Positions 1 through 25,403 of a stretch of DNA of 64,000 nucleotides are shown piece after piece. The notes below the pieces were generated by a model that saw only the letters and a list, made by a program, of their open reading frames with translations, made no database searches and had not been told where the DNA came from. Made by a program: the position numbers and the translations under genes. The DNA is from the human T2T-CHM13v2.0 reference genome, Homo sapiens, in NCBI RefSeq assembly GCF_009914755.1, contig NC_060934.1; one strand, 5' to 3'. The stretch's first letter is position 1, and each line of letters starts with the position of its first letter.

Positions 1-837
1 TTTCTTCAGCCTTCCGTTGTATCTACTTCTCTTGTACCTTTCTTGTTACACACAAACAATTCCTTGAAATAATGTTCAATGGAATTGTCTTGAAATAACA
101 TGGTAGGTACAATAACATTATGAAAAGAACTCAGTGTACAAAAATATATAAACAGCTGAAAAAAGTACTTTTATTTTCACTCTTTTGAACTATCTATAGT
201 TATATTAATTATAATATATGTTATAGCTTTTATTCTGTTTCTGTGTGTTTGCTCCTTTGTAGTATAGAGACTGAATTTGGTCTCTAGTGTTCCACCCAAC
301 ACTGAGATGCTGTGGTTAATTAACAATTTTGTTCACCTTTTTAAATTTGAAGGGGCCTTTTTGGTGGGGGGACGTTATTTGTATGACTTACATTTATGTA
401 ACTAAAACAAACCAACAAAGTGTCTTCATGGTATTGGAGTATGAGGGTGTTTAATCACTTATTTCTTCTTCTACTTCAACCAATTGAAAAATAGATAATG
501 GAGAACAGAAGAGAATGAAACCTTCAATTTTATTGAGTATAAAACCAGCTGAGGGGAAGAAAACTGTACATGGGAATACCTGGGTACAACCTGAGTACTA
601 AAGTGGAACTTTGTACTTTATCTCCCTCAGAATACTCTTCTAGCAGACTTGGGCCAGCTAACATCTATCTAGTTATAGCCCAAGAAGCTAGAACAGAGGT
701 CTGAGTAATCTTAGGTTTCTTCTGTTTATGGATGCAGGCAGATTCAAGAGGCCTGTTCTGCTTTTGTGTCTTATCTACTGGTAATGCCACTACTTCGACT
801 ATGAGGTGGCATCTGGAAGAAGATAGAAATTATTCTA

Positions 838-918
838 CAGCAGGGTTCCCCAAACCCCAGGCCCCAGATTGATTCTGGTTAGGAACTGGGCTGCACAGCA
901 GGAGGTGAGCAGTGGGGT
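838..918 (+). mobile_element. MER1-like hAT-Charlie terminal fragment
   Basis: cagggttccccaaacccc...gttaggaactgggctgcacagcaggaggtgagc resembles the MER1 end. Confidence 0.6.
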
Positions 919-1078
919 CTAGACCATGTGGGAGGTCTAGATGTGGGATGTGAGGTTGTGCAGAGAAGAGGTCTATTTAGATCTGCAAATTTCACCTTGT
1001 TAAATAGAAGACTAGATCTCCTAAACTGTGCCCAGCAAATCATTTGCCATGACTTGTAGAAAAGAAACAGAGGAGCTA

Positions 1079-1231
<153 letters not shown>

Positions 1232-1501
1232 CTAGCCTACTTGGGAGGATTTCTTGAGCCCAGGAGTTTGAGGTTACAGTGAGCTCTGATTGTGCCACTG
1301 CACTCCAGCCTGGGTGACAGAGTGAAACCCTGTCTCAGAAAAAATAAAATAAGATGACAGAGATTGCAAATGCAAAAGGGATTAAGCTTCACACCAGCAG
1401 CATTTCATCTTATGTGAAGAGAAGGATCAGGCCTATTTGGTGGAAGCCAGTAGGTGGTTAGAAATCTTAAAGGCGGGATTTGTAGTTAAACTGGAAATGT
1501 A

Positions 1502-2040
1502 GGCCAGGCGTGGTGGCTCAGTCCTGTAATCCCAGCACTTTGGGAGGCAGAGGCAGGGGCAGACCATGAGGTCAAAAGATTGAGACCATCCTGGCCAGCA
1601 TGATGAAACCCCATCCCTACTAAAATATGAAAATTAGCTGGCCATGGTGGTGTGCACCTGTAGTCCCAGCTGCTATTTGGGGAGTCTCTTATGTGTAGCT
1701 GAATGTAATTGCTTAATCATATACCAATAAATCAATGATGGTGCTCTAAAGGTCAAGAGCCATCACAAACTCCAACCACATTTAAAATCCATGGAGTTTA
1801 GTCCTCACATCCAGATCCATTGAATCTTACAATTCCTAGTATTGCCTACACATACTAACTACCTTAAATCTTGCAAATCGATTCTGTCCAAAGCTGCTTT
1901 CTACCTATGTCATAGCACCTGCTCAGGAGGCTGAGGCAGGAGAATCGCTTGAACACGGAAGGTGGAGGTTGCAGTGAGCGGAGATTGTGCACTGCACTCC
2001 AGTCTGGTGACAAAGCGAGACTCTGTCTCAAAAAAAAAAA
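1502..2040 (+). mobile_element. Alu (S-type) split by the 247-bp inverted insertion
   Basis: Alu left part ends ...tagtcccagctgct at ~1674 and resumes tgctcaggaggctgagg at 1920; poly(A) to 2040. Confidence 0.92.
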
Positions 2041-2903
2041 GTGGAAATGTGATTTCAATTAAGCTGTTTCTCCAATGATAAAATGAAAATTTCTAAAGGT
2101 AAATGAAATACAGCTATCAATCAATTTTCTGTATCTTAAGGGCTCAGAGTCCAGTCAGAAAAACAAATCAATGTAGTAATTTCAAACAGAGGAACTTTAA
2201 TAGAGGAATTCATTGCAAGGTTGTTAAAAGGACTAGAAAAGCAAAAGAAGGGAATACAGGTTCAAAAGATTAATAATTCCAGAAAGGTGTGTATTGCTCT
2301 GGGATGTAGAAGCAAAAGAAAAAAATAATATTACCCAGAGTACAATATCACTCTTTACCTGAAAACTATATTTAGCTTCTATTTTTTCCTGTGGTCTTAT
2401 CTTCTTTACAGTAAATAAAGTTTTTTTTAAGTATTAACATAATGAAAAGGGATATTGTAATTATTTTATATGGAACTATATGGAATCCATCATTGCTTTT
2501 ATCTTCACAATTCTTTGTAATTCTAGGAAGTACTTTTTCTGAAATTTAGGAACAGTTAAATCCATTATTCTTTTGCAGAAATCCAGAGAGGCAAGCAGAA
2601 TAGCTTGTAAAAGGAAATAAGAGAGACTTAAGGCTAGGATTTTGGAGTTAATAGTTGGTGCTATGACATAGGTAGAAAGCAGCTTTGGACAGAATCGATT
2701 TGCAAGATTTAAGGTAGTTAGTATGTGTAGGCAATACTAGGAATTATAAGATTCAATGGATCTGGATGTGAGGACTAAACTCCATGGATTTTAAATGTGG
2801 TTGGAGTTTGTGATGGCTCTTGACCTTTAGAGCACCATCATTGATTTATTGGTATATGATTAAGCAATTACATTCAGCTACACATAAGAGACTCCCCAAA
2901 TAG
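1673..2903. repeat. Inverted repeat, arms 1673-1919 and 2657-2903 (247 bp, 1 mismatch, 737-bp spacer)
   Basis: Manual reverse-complement comparison; the single mismatch is C1830 vs A2746. Confidence 0.97.
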
Positions 2904-3049
2904 TAGCCTAAATATGCAAGAATTTAAGTATGTAAGTAGCCCAAATTAAGTAGTTCAGTGCTAGTATGGTGGCTCCATGCATCAAAGACAAGGGTTGATA
3001 TCTTTCACCATATTGAGAAAAAACTTCATTTTCATGGTGACCTTATGCT

Positions 3050-3719
3050 AACCGCAGAACGGGCTTGGGGACCCACTGGGCCCACAGTAAGAAAGACTTG
3101 AGCTAAAACTCCACTAATCGCCTGACCTCTACATACCTCTACTTTGACTCGGGACTATGGTAACATTTTGGGTCTCTTGCAATTAGTGTCAGATCAGAGC
3201 CGATATCCAGTAGTCCCTGAACGATCTGATTGTTTTCTTTTACCTAATGAATAGTTACCCTGGTAAAAGGCTGTAAGCCCCTTTGGGGAAGGCTGGGAGA
3301 AAGATTAATAGTATAAATTTTTGGTGGTGTACTGGAGTCCTCTCAAGGGGACCCATCATCTTCCTCATTCAAAGGATTCTGGGTCTGTAAACTGGCTCAA
3401 GTCTGGGGAGTGATTGAGGGGCCATTAGTCTTCATGATTCAGGGTAGACTTTTGTTCTCTTGACCTAGCACTTTTCTGCTTATATAGATCAAGTAAGAAT
3501 GTAGTAGGCTTCTTTTTTTCACTTCTAAGAACACCATATCAACTAGCCAACACAATAGGTGTGTGCAAGTCATACTATTCTGATTGCGGCTTTGACTCTG
3601 CTGTTCATTATGGTAATTCTGCTCGCCTTGCTTTAATGATTGAGTGCTGCCACTTGGTCCCTGCCACCCCAGGATTCAATTATTCCCTTTGCATTTAGGT
3701 TTCCCAGTTCAGTGACTGC
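3050..3719 (-). mobile_element. ERVL (HERV-L-like) internal gag/protease fragment
   Basis: Minus strand at ~3216-3070 reads GLLDIGSDLTLIARDPK...GVLAQVFLTVGPVGP, a degenerate ERVL aspartic protease (LLDTGS motif). Confidence 0.8.
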
Positions 3720-3725
3720 AGTTCA

Positions 3726-13522
<9,797 letters not shown>

Positions 13523-14579
13523 GTATATTTATAACAGCTATTTTATCATCCTTGTGTTATAATCCTATTATCTGTGACATTTTTATATTGTGACTGTTGA
13601 TTAATTTTTCTTCTCATTATGCATTATATTTTTCTGCTTCACATCTCTGTTTTTATTGAATGTCAGACATTGTGGTTTACATAGGTGGATGCTGGACTTT
13701 TTTGTGTGTTCTTTTAGATACTTTTTGGCTTTAGTCTGGTTTGCAGTTTTTTGGAAATGGTTTGATCTTTTTGACCTAATCTTTGTTGGAGTGGTTCCAG
13801 AATAGCTTTTAGTTTAGGAGTAATTTGTCCTCACTACTGAGGCATTATTCTTCTAAGCACTCTACCTAGTACTCTTATCTATCAGGAGGCCTTTCCACTC
13901 TGGCTGGTCTTGTGTGAACTTTAAGAATGTCCTATTTTTTTTTTCTCTGGTGGTTCTTTCTCTGGCTGTAGTTAATCACACACATGCACAGATCAGTACT
14001 CAGCCAAAACCTTGAGAGGACTCTCTGCAGCTCCCTTCTTTTCTGGTTTTCTGGTTTGTAACTTTTAGCTGTCTTGGACTCTCCAACTCTAAACTTTCTC
14101 CTCACCTTAGGATTGATGGACCACTGAGACCTGGAAATGTCAGGTACTTGTAGGGTTACCTTGCTTATTTCTTTTCTCTTAAAGATCACTTTCTTGTGCT
14201 GCCCAGTGTCTGTTGTCTGGAAACTATAGTTTAATATATTTTGTCCATTTTCTAATGATTTAAGGGGAAAGGGTAAACCTGGTTTCTTTTATTCCATTAT
14301 GGCCTGAAGCAGAGGTCTTAACTTTTATTCCTCCCTCCTACAACCTACCAGATCAACTGACTAATTTGAGAAGAGGAGGTAGAATTTATAATTTGAAAAT
14401 TTGTCACATACCTTTTTCCACACTAGCCTGTTGAAAAGAAAAGACTGACTCCTAAAACTGGACACTATTATGATTATATTTGGATAAGTGATAATATACC
14501 AGTGTATTTCTTTTTGCATTTTTTATATCTAAATCACTGACTCTGTGAAGCCATTGATTTGATAAACCAAAATACGGTG

Positions 14580-15370
14580 TAGTAGTTACCCCTTATTGGC
14601 GGTTTTGCTTAAGGCAATTTCAGTTACCTGTACTCAGCTGTGGTTTGAAAACATTAAGTGGAAAATTCCAGAAATAACTTTTAATTTTTAAATTGCGTGC
14701 CATTCTGAGTAGCATGATGAAATCTCACTGTCCTGCTCCATCCTGCTAGGGACATGAGTTCAGTTTATCTGCACTATATACACTACCCATCTGGTAGTTC
14801 AGTTAGTAACCTTCTTGGTTGTCAGATCGACTGTTGGTGATACCACAGCGCCTGTGTTCAAAGAACCCTTATTTTATTAGTAATGCCCCCAAAGCTTAAG
14901 AGTAGTGGTGCTGACAATTCAGATATGCCAAAGAGAAGCTGTAAAGTTCCTCCTTTAAGCAAAAAGGTGAAAGTTCTCAAATTAATAAGAAAAAAAAATC
15001 ATATGCTGAAGTTGCTAAGATCTGTGGTAAGAATCAGTTTCCTATCCATGAAATTGTGAAGAATGAAAAAGAAATTTATGCTAGTGTTACTGTTGCACCT
15101 TAAATTGCAAAAGTTACTACCATAGAGCACGGTGTTCAGTTATGATTGAAAAGACATTAAATTTATGGGTGGAAGATATGAACAAAAATGTGTTCCAATT
15201 GATGGCAACATATTGTGCTGGGTTAACTTAATCTCAATTAAATTAAACTTTATCATAGTTATGTATGTATAGGAAAAAACCTGGTATATATAGGGTTTGT
15301 TACTGTCTGAGGTTTCAGGCATCCACTGGAGGTCTTGGAACATAACTCCTAAGGATAAGGGGGGACTACT
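14580..15370 (+). mobile_element. MER44 (Tigger7-derived) non-autonomous DNA transposon
   Basis: Terminal inverted repeats tagtagttaccccttat ... ggataaggggggactacta; internal tggaaaattccagaaata. Confidence 0.8.
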
Positions 15371-16223
15371 ATGTATGCAAATGATGGATGATCCAGTTTT
15401 TTAGTTAAAATGTTGTCTTAAAACTCTAATTAGTGGAAAGCAGTTTGACAGTTTATTGTAAAGGTATATCCACACTTACTATATAACCCAAGACTTTTGT
15501 TTAACTAAGGGAAATGAAAGCAAATGTCTACACAAAAACTTGATGTTAATTTTTACAGTAGTTTTATTAATAATGGCCTCAATCTGGAAACAATCCAAGT
15601 GTCCACCCACATGGATAAATGGAATACTACTCAGCAATTAAAAGGAATACATTACTAATACAACAACATGAATGATTTTCAAAACTGTGCTGAGCAAAAG
15701 AAGCCAGACATTAGTCCTTCAATGTAAATTAAAACAAAAAAAGCCAGACACAAGAGTCTATAAAATTCTTGAAGAGGAAACAAATTAATCTGTAGTGATA
15801 GAAATCAAAGAAAGAATTTTGTGAGGGGTACCACAAGGAAACTTAGTGGAATGATGGGAATGTTCTATATCTTGATTGGTTAGTTAGCTGCACAGGTATA
15901 TACATTTGTCAAGACTCATCAAACTATTCTTAAAATATGTTTATTCATTTTATTATATGAAAATTATATCTGAAAAAAGTTGACTAAAGAAAACTCTAGT
16001 AAGTGAGTTTAACAAATAACCTAAAAATATTGACTGAAATCTGAAATGGACTGGGCTCAGTGGCTCACACCTGTAATCCCAGCACTTTGGGAGGCTGAGT
16101 CAGGAGGATTGCTTCAACCCAGGAGTTTGAGACTAGCCTGAGCAACATAGTGAGACCCCATCTCTATTTTTTTAATCTGAAATGTTTAAATATATACCAA
16201 CTTATATACACATGACATAGAAC

Positions 16224-16251
16224 TACACACACACACACACACACACACCAC
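16224..16251. repeat. (CA)n microsatellite
   Basis: Direct reading. Confidence 0.95.
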
Positions 16252-16437
16252 ATATTAACAACCTGGATTCTGATTCTGTTCTAAAATGCACAGTTCTTTT
16301 CAGCCTTTCACTTCCTTAATGTATGAAATGAGGTTAGTTTAGAAATTCTTTGCATCTGGGTGTAAAAACAAATAAGTTAGTAAGTTGAAAGTTAATCTTT
16401 TAAAAATTGTCTTGACTTAAGTAATTTTTTTTTCCAG

Positions 16438-16520
16438 AAATCTTCCTGCCAAATCTGTGGAAGAAGCTTTACGTCACCGACAAGAATACGATGAGATGGT
16501 GGCTGAGGCTAAAAAACGAG
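16438..16520 (+). CDS. TBC1D12: TBC1D12 coding exon (first exon in window), [27 protein letters not shown]
   Basis: Acceptor ttttttttccag at 16437, donor gtataa at 16521; 83 nt (1 + 27 codons + 1); splices in frame to the next exon; peptide recognised as TBC1D12/TBC1D14-family pre-TBC region. Confidence 0.95.
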
Positions 16521-18116
16521 GTATAAAATTTAACTCCAAATGGTATAATTTTCTGATTTTAATAAGAAGATGGATGGTAAAATTCATCAAGTCTGTCTTC
16601 AAGATGATACTGAATTCTTTTTTTTATTTCTTTTTTCGTTTCTTTTTTGAGTCTTGCTCTGTTGCCCAGCCTGGTATGCAGTGATGCAGTCACAGCTCAC
16701 TGTAGCCTGACCTTCCAGGCTCAAGCAGTCCTTTTACCTCTCAGCCTCCCAAGTAGCTGGGACCACAGGCACGTGCCACCATGCTTGGCTAGTTTTTTGT
16801 ATTGTTTGTAGAGATGAGGTTTTACCATGTTGCCCATGCTTTTATTTTTCTCTACTATTTTTATAATTAAGTTTGTTCTAAAGGAGGAATAAAATGACAT
16901 ACCAGGATCATAGTTTTTCTGCATGTACTTTTACAGAATAGGAGGAATCTTGAAATTACAGTCATAAAACTTGGACTTCTACTATCTTAGTTTATAAATA
17001 AAGATAATAATTCATGAATCTATTAATGAATTTCACTTTTTACCATTTTTATATTTTATAATTAATTTCTAATTATTTTATAATTTAATAATTTTAACTT
17101 TCTATATGGCTGTGAGAATATGATTTGAAACTCAAAATTTTTTTGTGACTTACAGAGTCTCTCTAGAGGCCCAATTGTGTCATTTGGTTAGGTGCATAAA
17201 AGTATACTCTTGTGTGTATAAATTTACGTATTCATTCATTCTCTTTTCCAACCAAAAAAATAATATCAGGATAATTTAATGGTGTTTATTTCCTGACAGT
17301 TGTTATTTCAGGATAAACATACATTTTTAGAAGATATTACACAGCTGTATACATTTTTAGACTTAACATCTAACACCTTATTAACAACTGATATTTTTTC
17401 CTTTGACTTAAGTTAATGGACTGTTATAATAGTATACAGTTCTGCTTTATGGTGCTATTTTGGAATTGAAGTTACTTCTTTAATGTTAAGTAAACATAGG
17501 ATATATAAGGCTAGTTATATTGTTCTAGAAGGTATTTAAACATTAGTTGAGTGTATTTTACTATACAGAATTCGAAATATTTCTGACATATCCAATTAAG
17601 TATTTATCTATTTATTACTTATTTTTATTTTTTTGAGACAGGGTCTTGCTCTGTCACCCAGGCTAGAGTGCAGTGATGCGAACTTGGCTCACTGCAGCCT
17701 CAATCTCCCAGGCTCAGGAGATCCTCTCACCTCAGCCTCCCAAGTAGCTGGGACCATAGGCGTGCACCACCACGCCCAGTTAATTTTTGTATTTTTTTGT
17801 GGAGACAGGTTTCGCCATATAGGCCAGGCTAGTCTTAAACTCCTGACCTCAAGTGATCCACCCACCTCGGCCTCCCAAAGTGCTGGGATTTCAGGTGTGA
17901 GCCACCACATCCAGCCTAAGTTTTTATTTTTTATTATGTATTTATTTATTTTAGAGACGGGGTCGCACTTGTTACCTAGGCCAGAGTGCAGTGGTACAAT
18001 TATAGCTCACTGCAGCCTCGAATTCCTGGGCTCAAGCAATCCTCCTGCCTCAGCTTCCCTGGTAGCTGGGATTGCAGGTGCATGCCACCACACCCAGCTC
18101 TTTTTTTTTTTTTTGA

Positions 18117-18236
<120 letters not shown>

Positions 18237-18943
18237 TAGGTGCCCGCCACCAGGCCCAGCTAATTTTTGTATTTTTAATGGAGACGGGGTTTTGCCATGT
18301 TGGCCAGGCTGGTCTCGAACTCTTGACCTCAAGTGATCCACCTGCCTTGGCCACCCAAAGTGCTGGAATTACAGGCGTGAGCCACCATGCCCAGCCCCAG
18401 CTCATTTTTTAGAAGTTATTTTGTAGAGATGATGTATCTCTATGTTGCCCAGGCTGGTCTCAAACTCCTGGCCTCAAGCAATTCTCCCACCTGGGCCTCC
18501 CAAGAGCGTTGAGATTATAGGCATGAACCACTGTGCCTGGCTCCAGTTAAGTTTTTATTAATTTTAAAATTTTTACTATATGATTACTATGTAAGATAAC
18601 TATTGGTACTGGATGATCTTAAAAGCATGGTATGATAGGGATAATATTGAACTGAGGAATCAGAAGGCCACAGCTTTAACCTTGTTTGATACTACCTTGG
18701 TGTGATACTCTGAACAGGCCTGATGTTAGTTTTCTCATGCGTAACATGTGAGAGGCAGGTCAGCTTAATCAGGGCTTTGAAGCTTCTCTTTCATCATTTT
18801 TTTTTTGTTGTTGGTAAAGCAGTGGAACATTCTCCCAAGAAATCTTATATAGAATATGAATACATAAAACAAATAAAAGAAAGTAGAGATTGTCGGCCAG
18901 ATGCGGTAGCTCACGCCTATAACCCCAGCACTTTGGGAGGCTA

Positions 18944-19328
<385 letters not shown>

Positions 19329-20127
19329 TTATGACTCACTTTCGTCTGTATTTGAGACATCTCTTCTTCTGAAATTGTCACCTTTGATTTTCAGAGAGAT
19401 ATTTTCTTCCTCTAACTTTTGCCTCAGAATCTAAGAGATGTACTGTTAATATATGTGTTTTGGGGGACATTTTAAAATTTCAAACTAGTAAAGTGAAACA
19501 CCATATTAAAAAGAGTTAATATACTAATAATGCTACTGACAAAATCATTTTGGAATGTCATGTGAGTTATGTCAGAAAATTTATAAACCCTTGTAGGAAA
19601 AATGGGTATTGGTTAGTTGCCCACAGTTGTTTGTTTTTTATATAGTTAATTCATAAGAAATTTGACTTCATAGATTTAGTGTAAATAGAAATATGTGATA
19701 AAGTAATCTACTTAAATTATTTTTCTGACCTTTTATTCCACTTACTTTTATAGTAGAACAGGAGATGTTATTTTAAAATTATGTTAATAACTGGGCATGG
19801 TGGCACACATGTGTAGTCCAAGCTGTTCAGGAAGTTGAGATATGAGGATTTATTTAAGTCCAGGAGTTCAAGGCCACCTGAGCAACGTGGCGAGACCCAT
19901 CTCTAAAAAAAGAGAAAACAAAGAATAGAAAATTATGTTAATCAAGTTCATTTACTTTCACTTTTTCCCTCCCTTTCTTTCCCTGTCCCTCCCTCCCTTA
20001 TTTCCTTCCTTCCTCTTATGATAATATTCTTTTTGAGAAAGTCTATTTTGTAGAGTTTAGGTAAATGGAGAAAAGGATTTTGATCTAGCTTATTTGTATT
20101 GAAATAATTTTTACTCGTTTAAAACAG

Positions 20128-20245
20128 AAATTAAGGAAGCACATAAAAGAAAAAGAATCATGAAAGAACGATTTAAGCAGGAAGAAAATATTGCAAGTGC
20201 AATGGTAATTTGGATCAATGAAATACTGCCCAATTGGGAAGTAAT
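20128..20245 (+). CDS. TBC1D12: TBC1D12 coding exon, [40 protein letters not shown]
   Basis: Acceptor aaacag, donor gtaagt at 20246; 118 nt; phase-compatible with both neighbours. Confidence 0.95.
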
Positions 20246-20301
20246 GTAAGTAAGCAGACTTTTCCTAAATTCCCATTTGTCTCCGAAGATCTCATGTTTC
20301 T

Positions 20302-20405
20302 TTTTTTTTTTTTAATTTATTATTATTATACTTTAAGTTTTAGGGTACATGTGCACAATGTGCAGGTTAGTTACATATGTATACATGTGCCATGCTGGTG
20401 CGCTG
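20302..20405 (-). mobile_element. Young, severely 5'-truncated L1PA 3' end
   Basis: L1PA 3'-terminal sequence with a perfect 15-bp TSD agatctcatgtttct (20287-20301 / 20406-20420). Confidence 0.92.
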
Positions 20406-20530
20406 AGATCTCATGTTTCTGATTCTGTATTTTTATTATTTCCAGCATATATTTTATGCTTTGGCTAAATTATACTATTAATTAATGCCTGAAAATTTCC
20501 ATATTTGCATCTGTGCCTTTGCTTTTGTAA

Positions 20531-20841
<311 letters not shown>

Positions 20842-20856
20842 TGAAATGCTAATTGA

Positions 20857-21191
<335 letters not shown>

Positions 21192-21476
21192 TAGTTACTG
21201 TATTTTCTTAATGCTAACATACCATCAATTGTAAGACGCACTATTGATGTAATAGCAGTTATTTGGAAAGAGAATATTAAATATATAAATGTATTAGAAG
21301 ATGCACTTATTGTTAAAATGATTTTTAAAGTGTTTATCTCATAATCAAGGAAATATGTATGATCTTTCCCTTATGTAAATGTCCCATCATCATACTTTGA
21401 GACTAATATACTTATCTTGCCTTTGCATTTATTTATTCATTTTTAAGTTATTTTGCCAGCATCTTTTTAATGATAA

Positions 21477-21829
<353 letters not shown>

Positions 21830-23293
21830 TGATGTGTTTTTTGAGGGTTTTTTTTTTTCAAGACGAGGTCTCACTCTGTTGCCCAGGCTGGGGTGTAGTG
21901 GCGAGATCAAGGCTCACCGCAACCCCGACCTCCCTGGGCTCAGGTGATCCTCCTGCCTCAGCCTCCTGAGTAGCTGGGACTACAGGTATGTGCTAACACG
22001 TCCAGCTAAGTTTTGTATTTTTTTATAGATATGGGGTCTCACTGTGTTGCCCAGGCTGGTCTCGAACTTTTGGGTTCAAGCAATCTGCCTGCCTTGGCCT
22101 CTCAAAGTGCTAGGATTACAGGTGTGAGCCACCTGCCTGGTGCAATGTGTTGTTTTGGTATATGTTTACATTATGGAATGATTAAATCAAGCTAATTAAC
22201 ACATCCATCAGCTCACGTATTTCTCAGTATTTTGTGGTAAAACATTTAAAATCTGCTCATTTAGCAATTTTGAAACATACAGTTCATTATTATTTATTAT
22301 AGTCACCATTCTATGTAATAGGTCACTAACACTTATTTCTTCTAACGGAAGTTTGTACCCTTTGATCAACATCTCACCTTTCTCCATTCACTTTACTCCC
22401 CGCTCCCCGGCCATAACCACCATTCTACCCCCTACTTTTATGAGATTGACTTTTTTGGATTCCACATATAAGTGAGGTTATGTGTTGATTTTTCTGTGCC
22501 TGGTTTATTTCACGTGGCACAATATCCTACAGGTTCATCTGTGTTGTTGCAAATGACAGAATTTCTTTCTTATTGCCTTTTTACATAACATTTTAAAATA
22601 TGCCTTATCTTCCCTCTCGACTGGAGGGTTGGGGATATCTTCTGCAATGCCTACTGTAGTTTGTACATTGGGAATTTGTTGAATATTGGCACAGTGTGAC
22701 ATATTATCTGAGGCACTTTACATAAGTAATTGCATTTGAGTCTTAGAACTTTTATAAGGTGTATGTATTTTTACTCCCATTTATCTTATAAGGAAACTCA
22801 AGGTCAGAGAGGTTAAGTGATTTGCCCAAGGTTATACATTTAATTAATGGTTAAACTAGATTGGATCTCAGATCTATCTGACTTTAAAGCCGACAGTTTT
22901 TTTTAGCAGACTTTACTGCTTCTCAAAAACTAGGGCCTTCCCACTGTAGATTCTTGGTTGTTTTGTTTTTGGTGCTGAATTGGTGATACATTTTTATGTC
23001 CCTTTTATCCTGTTTTTTAAATAATTGACTGCATATTTCTGATTCTCTCATTGACATTTATAAAACGCAGTTCCCTTTAGATTACTGTTGCCCCTTTGGG
23101 ATCCTATACATCTTGTAGGCTGTTGTTGCCTGCAAGCATGAACGCAAAGAAAAGAATGCATTACATACTTAATTCTCTATAGTCCTAAAAATGATTTGAT
23201 CACTTGGCCATAGACTAAAGATAATCCATCATGCAACTAGTATTTTTGGTATAAAAAGTAACTTTCTCCTTTTTTCTCCTCCTTTAATTCTAG

Positions 23294-23400
23294 GCGTAGT
23301 ACAAGAAGAGTTCGAGAATTGTGGTGGCAGGGATTGCCCCCTAGTGTCCGTGGGAAAGTTTGGAGTCTAGCTGTAGGAAATGAACTAAATATCACTCCTG
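23294..23400 (+). CDS. TBC1D12: TBC1D12 coding exon, [35 protein letters not shown] (start of TBC domain)
   Basis: Long pyrimidine tract + tag acceptor, donor gtttgt; 107 nt; [11 protein letters not shown] matches the N-terminal G-x-P-x-x-x-R-x-x-x-W motif of TBC domains. Confidence 0.96.
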
Positions 23401-23800
23401 GTTTGTATTCTACGTTCAGTTATTCCCACATGTACAAATAGCCATCTACAGAGTTACATAGCAGATTAGTAGAGTGACCATTAAAATAAATGGCCTTTAT
23501 CATATATAATGTCATTTTAAAAGCATGCTTCATCCCCCTGTTATGAAGCAGGTTATTAAACCTGTTATGATTTAATAAGTTATTACATTTTATATAAAGA
23601 TTTATGGTTTTCCCTTTAGTTCACAACTATCAATAATCTTCTTGGCATTCAAATATCAAAAACTTCTGGGATTCTACTTGGCAGTGGATAATATGTATAT
23701 ACAAGAAAAAAGAAAATAGTCAATTATGAAAAGGCTTCACTTTTATACAGAAAACATAAATACTGGAGGAAGGCTAAAAGTTTCTTTTCCTCCTTCTTTA

Positions 23801-24121
<321 letters not shown>

Positions 24122-24124
24122 CTA

Positions 24125-24376
<252 letters not shown>

Positions 24377-24614
24377 TCAGACGTGGCAGCGTGTGCTGGG
24401 AGGCTGAGGCAGGAGAATTGCTTGAACCCGGGAGGCAGAGGTTGCGGTGAGCTGAGATCAAGCCACTGCACTCCAGCCTGGGCTACAGAGCGAGACTCTG
24501 TCTCAAAAAAAGAAAAAAAAAACCTTTAAAGAACAGAAGAAGAAATAAGACTTTCAAAGAGTTATATTATTTTCTTAAGTTTCTTAAACTTTGGTGGATA
24601 GGAGCAAAATGTAG

Positions 24615-24743
<129 letters not shown>

Positions 24744-25244
24744 TGAGTAGCTGGGACTACAGGTGTGTACCACCACGCCTGGCTAATTTTTTGTATTTTT
24801 AGTAGAGATGGGGTTTTGCCATGCTGGCCAGGCTGGTCTCAAACTCCTGGCCTCAAGTGATCCACTTGCCTCAGCCTCCCAAAGTGCTGGGATTACAGGT
24901 GTAAGCCACCGTGCCTGGCTTGCAGAGTAGTTTTGATGAGTTTTTAAAAAATTAAGCTGGACATGGTGGCTCATGCCTGTAGTCCTAGCTACTTGGGAGG
25001 TTTAGATGGGAGGATTGCTTGAGCCCAGGAGTTTAAGGTTACAGTGAGCTATGATTGTGCCGCAGCACTCCAAACAGGGCTACAGAGCACGACTCTGTCT
25101 CTAAATTAATAAATAAATAATTTGGCCAGGCGCGGTGGCTCACGCCTGTAATCCCAGCACTTTGGGAGGCCAACGCGGGTGGATCAACTGAGGTCGGGAA
25201 TTTGAGACCAGTCTGACCAACATGGAGAAACCCCGTCTCTACTA

Positions 25245-25403
<159 letters not shown>

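Noticed and set aside
1-830. Possible additional TBC1D12 exon at the window start
   Set aside because: No ORF with family similarity bounded by convincing splice sites; treated as intron or old repeat.
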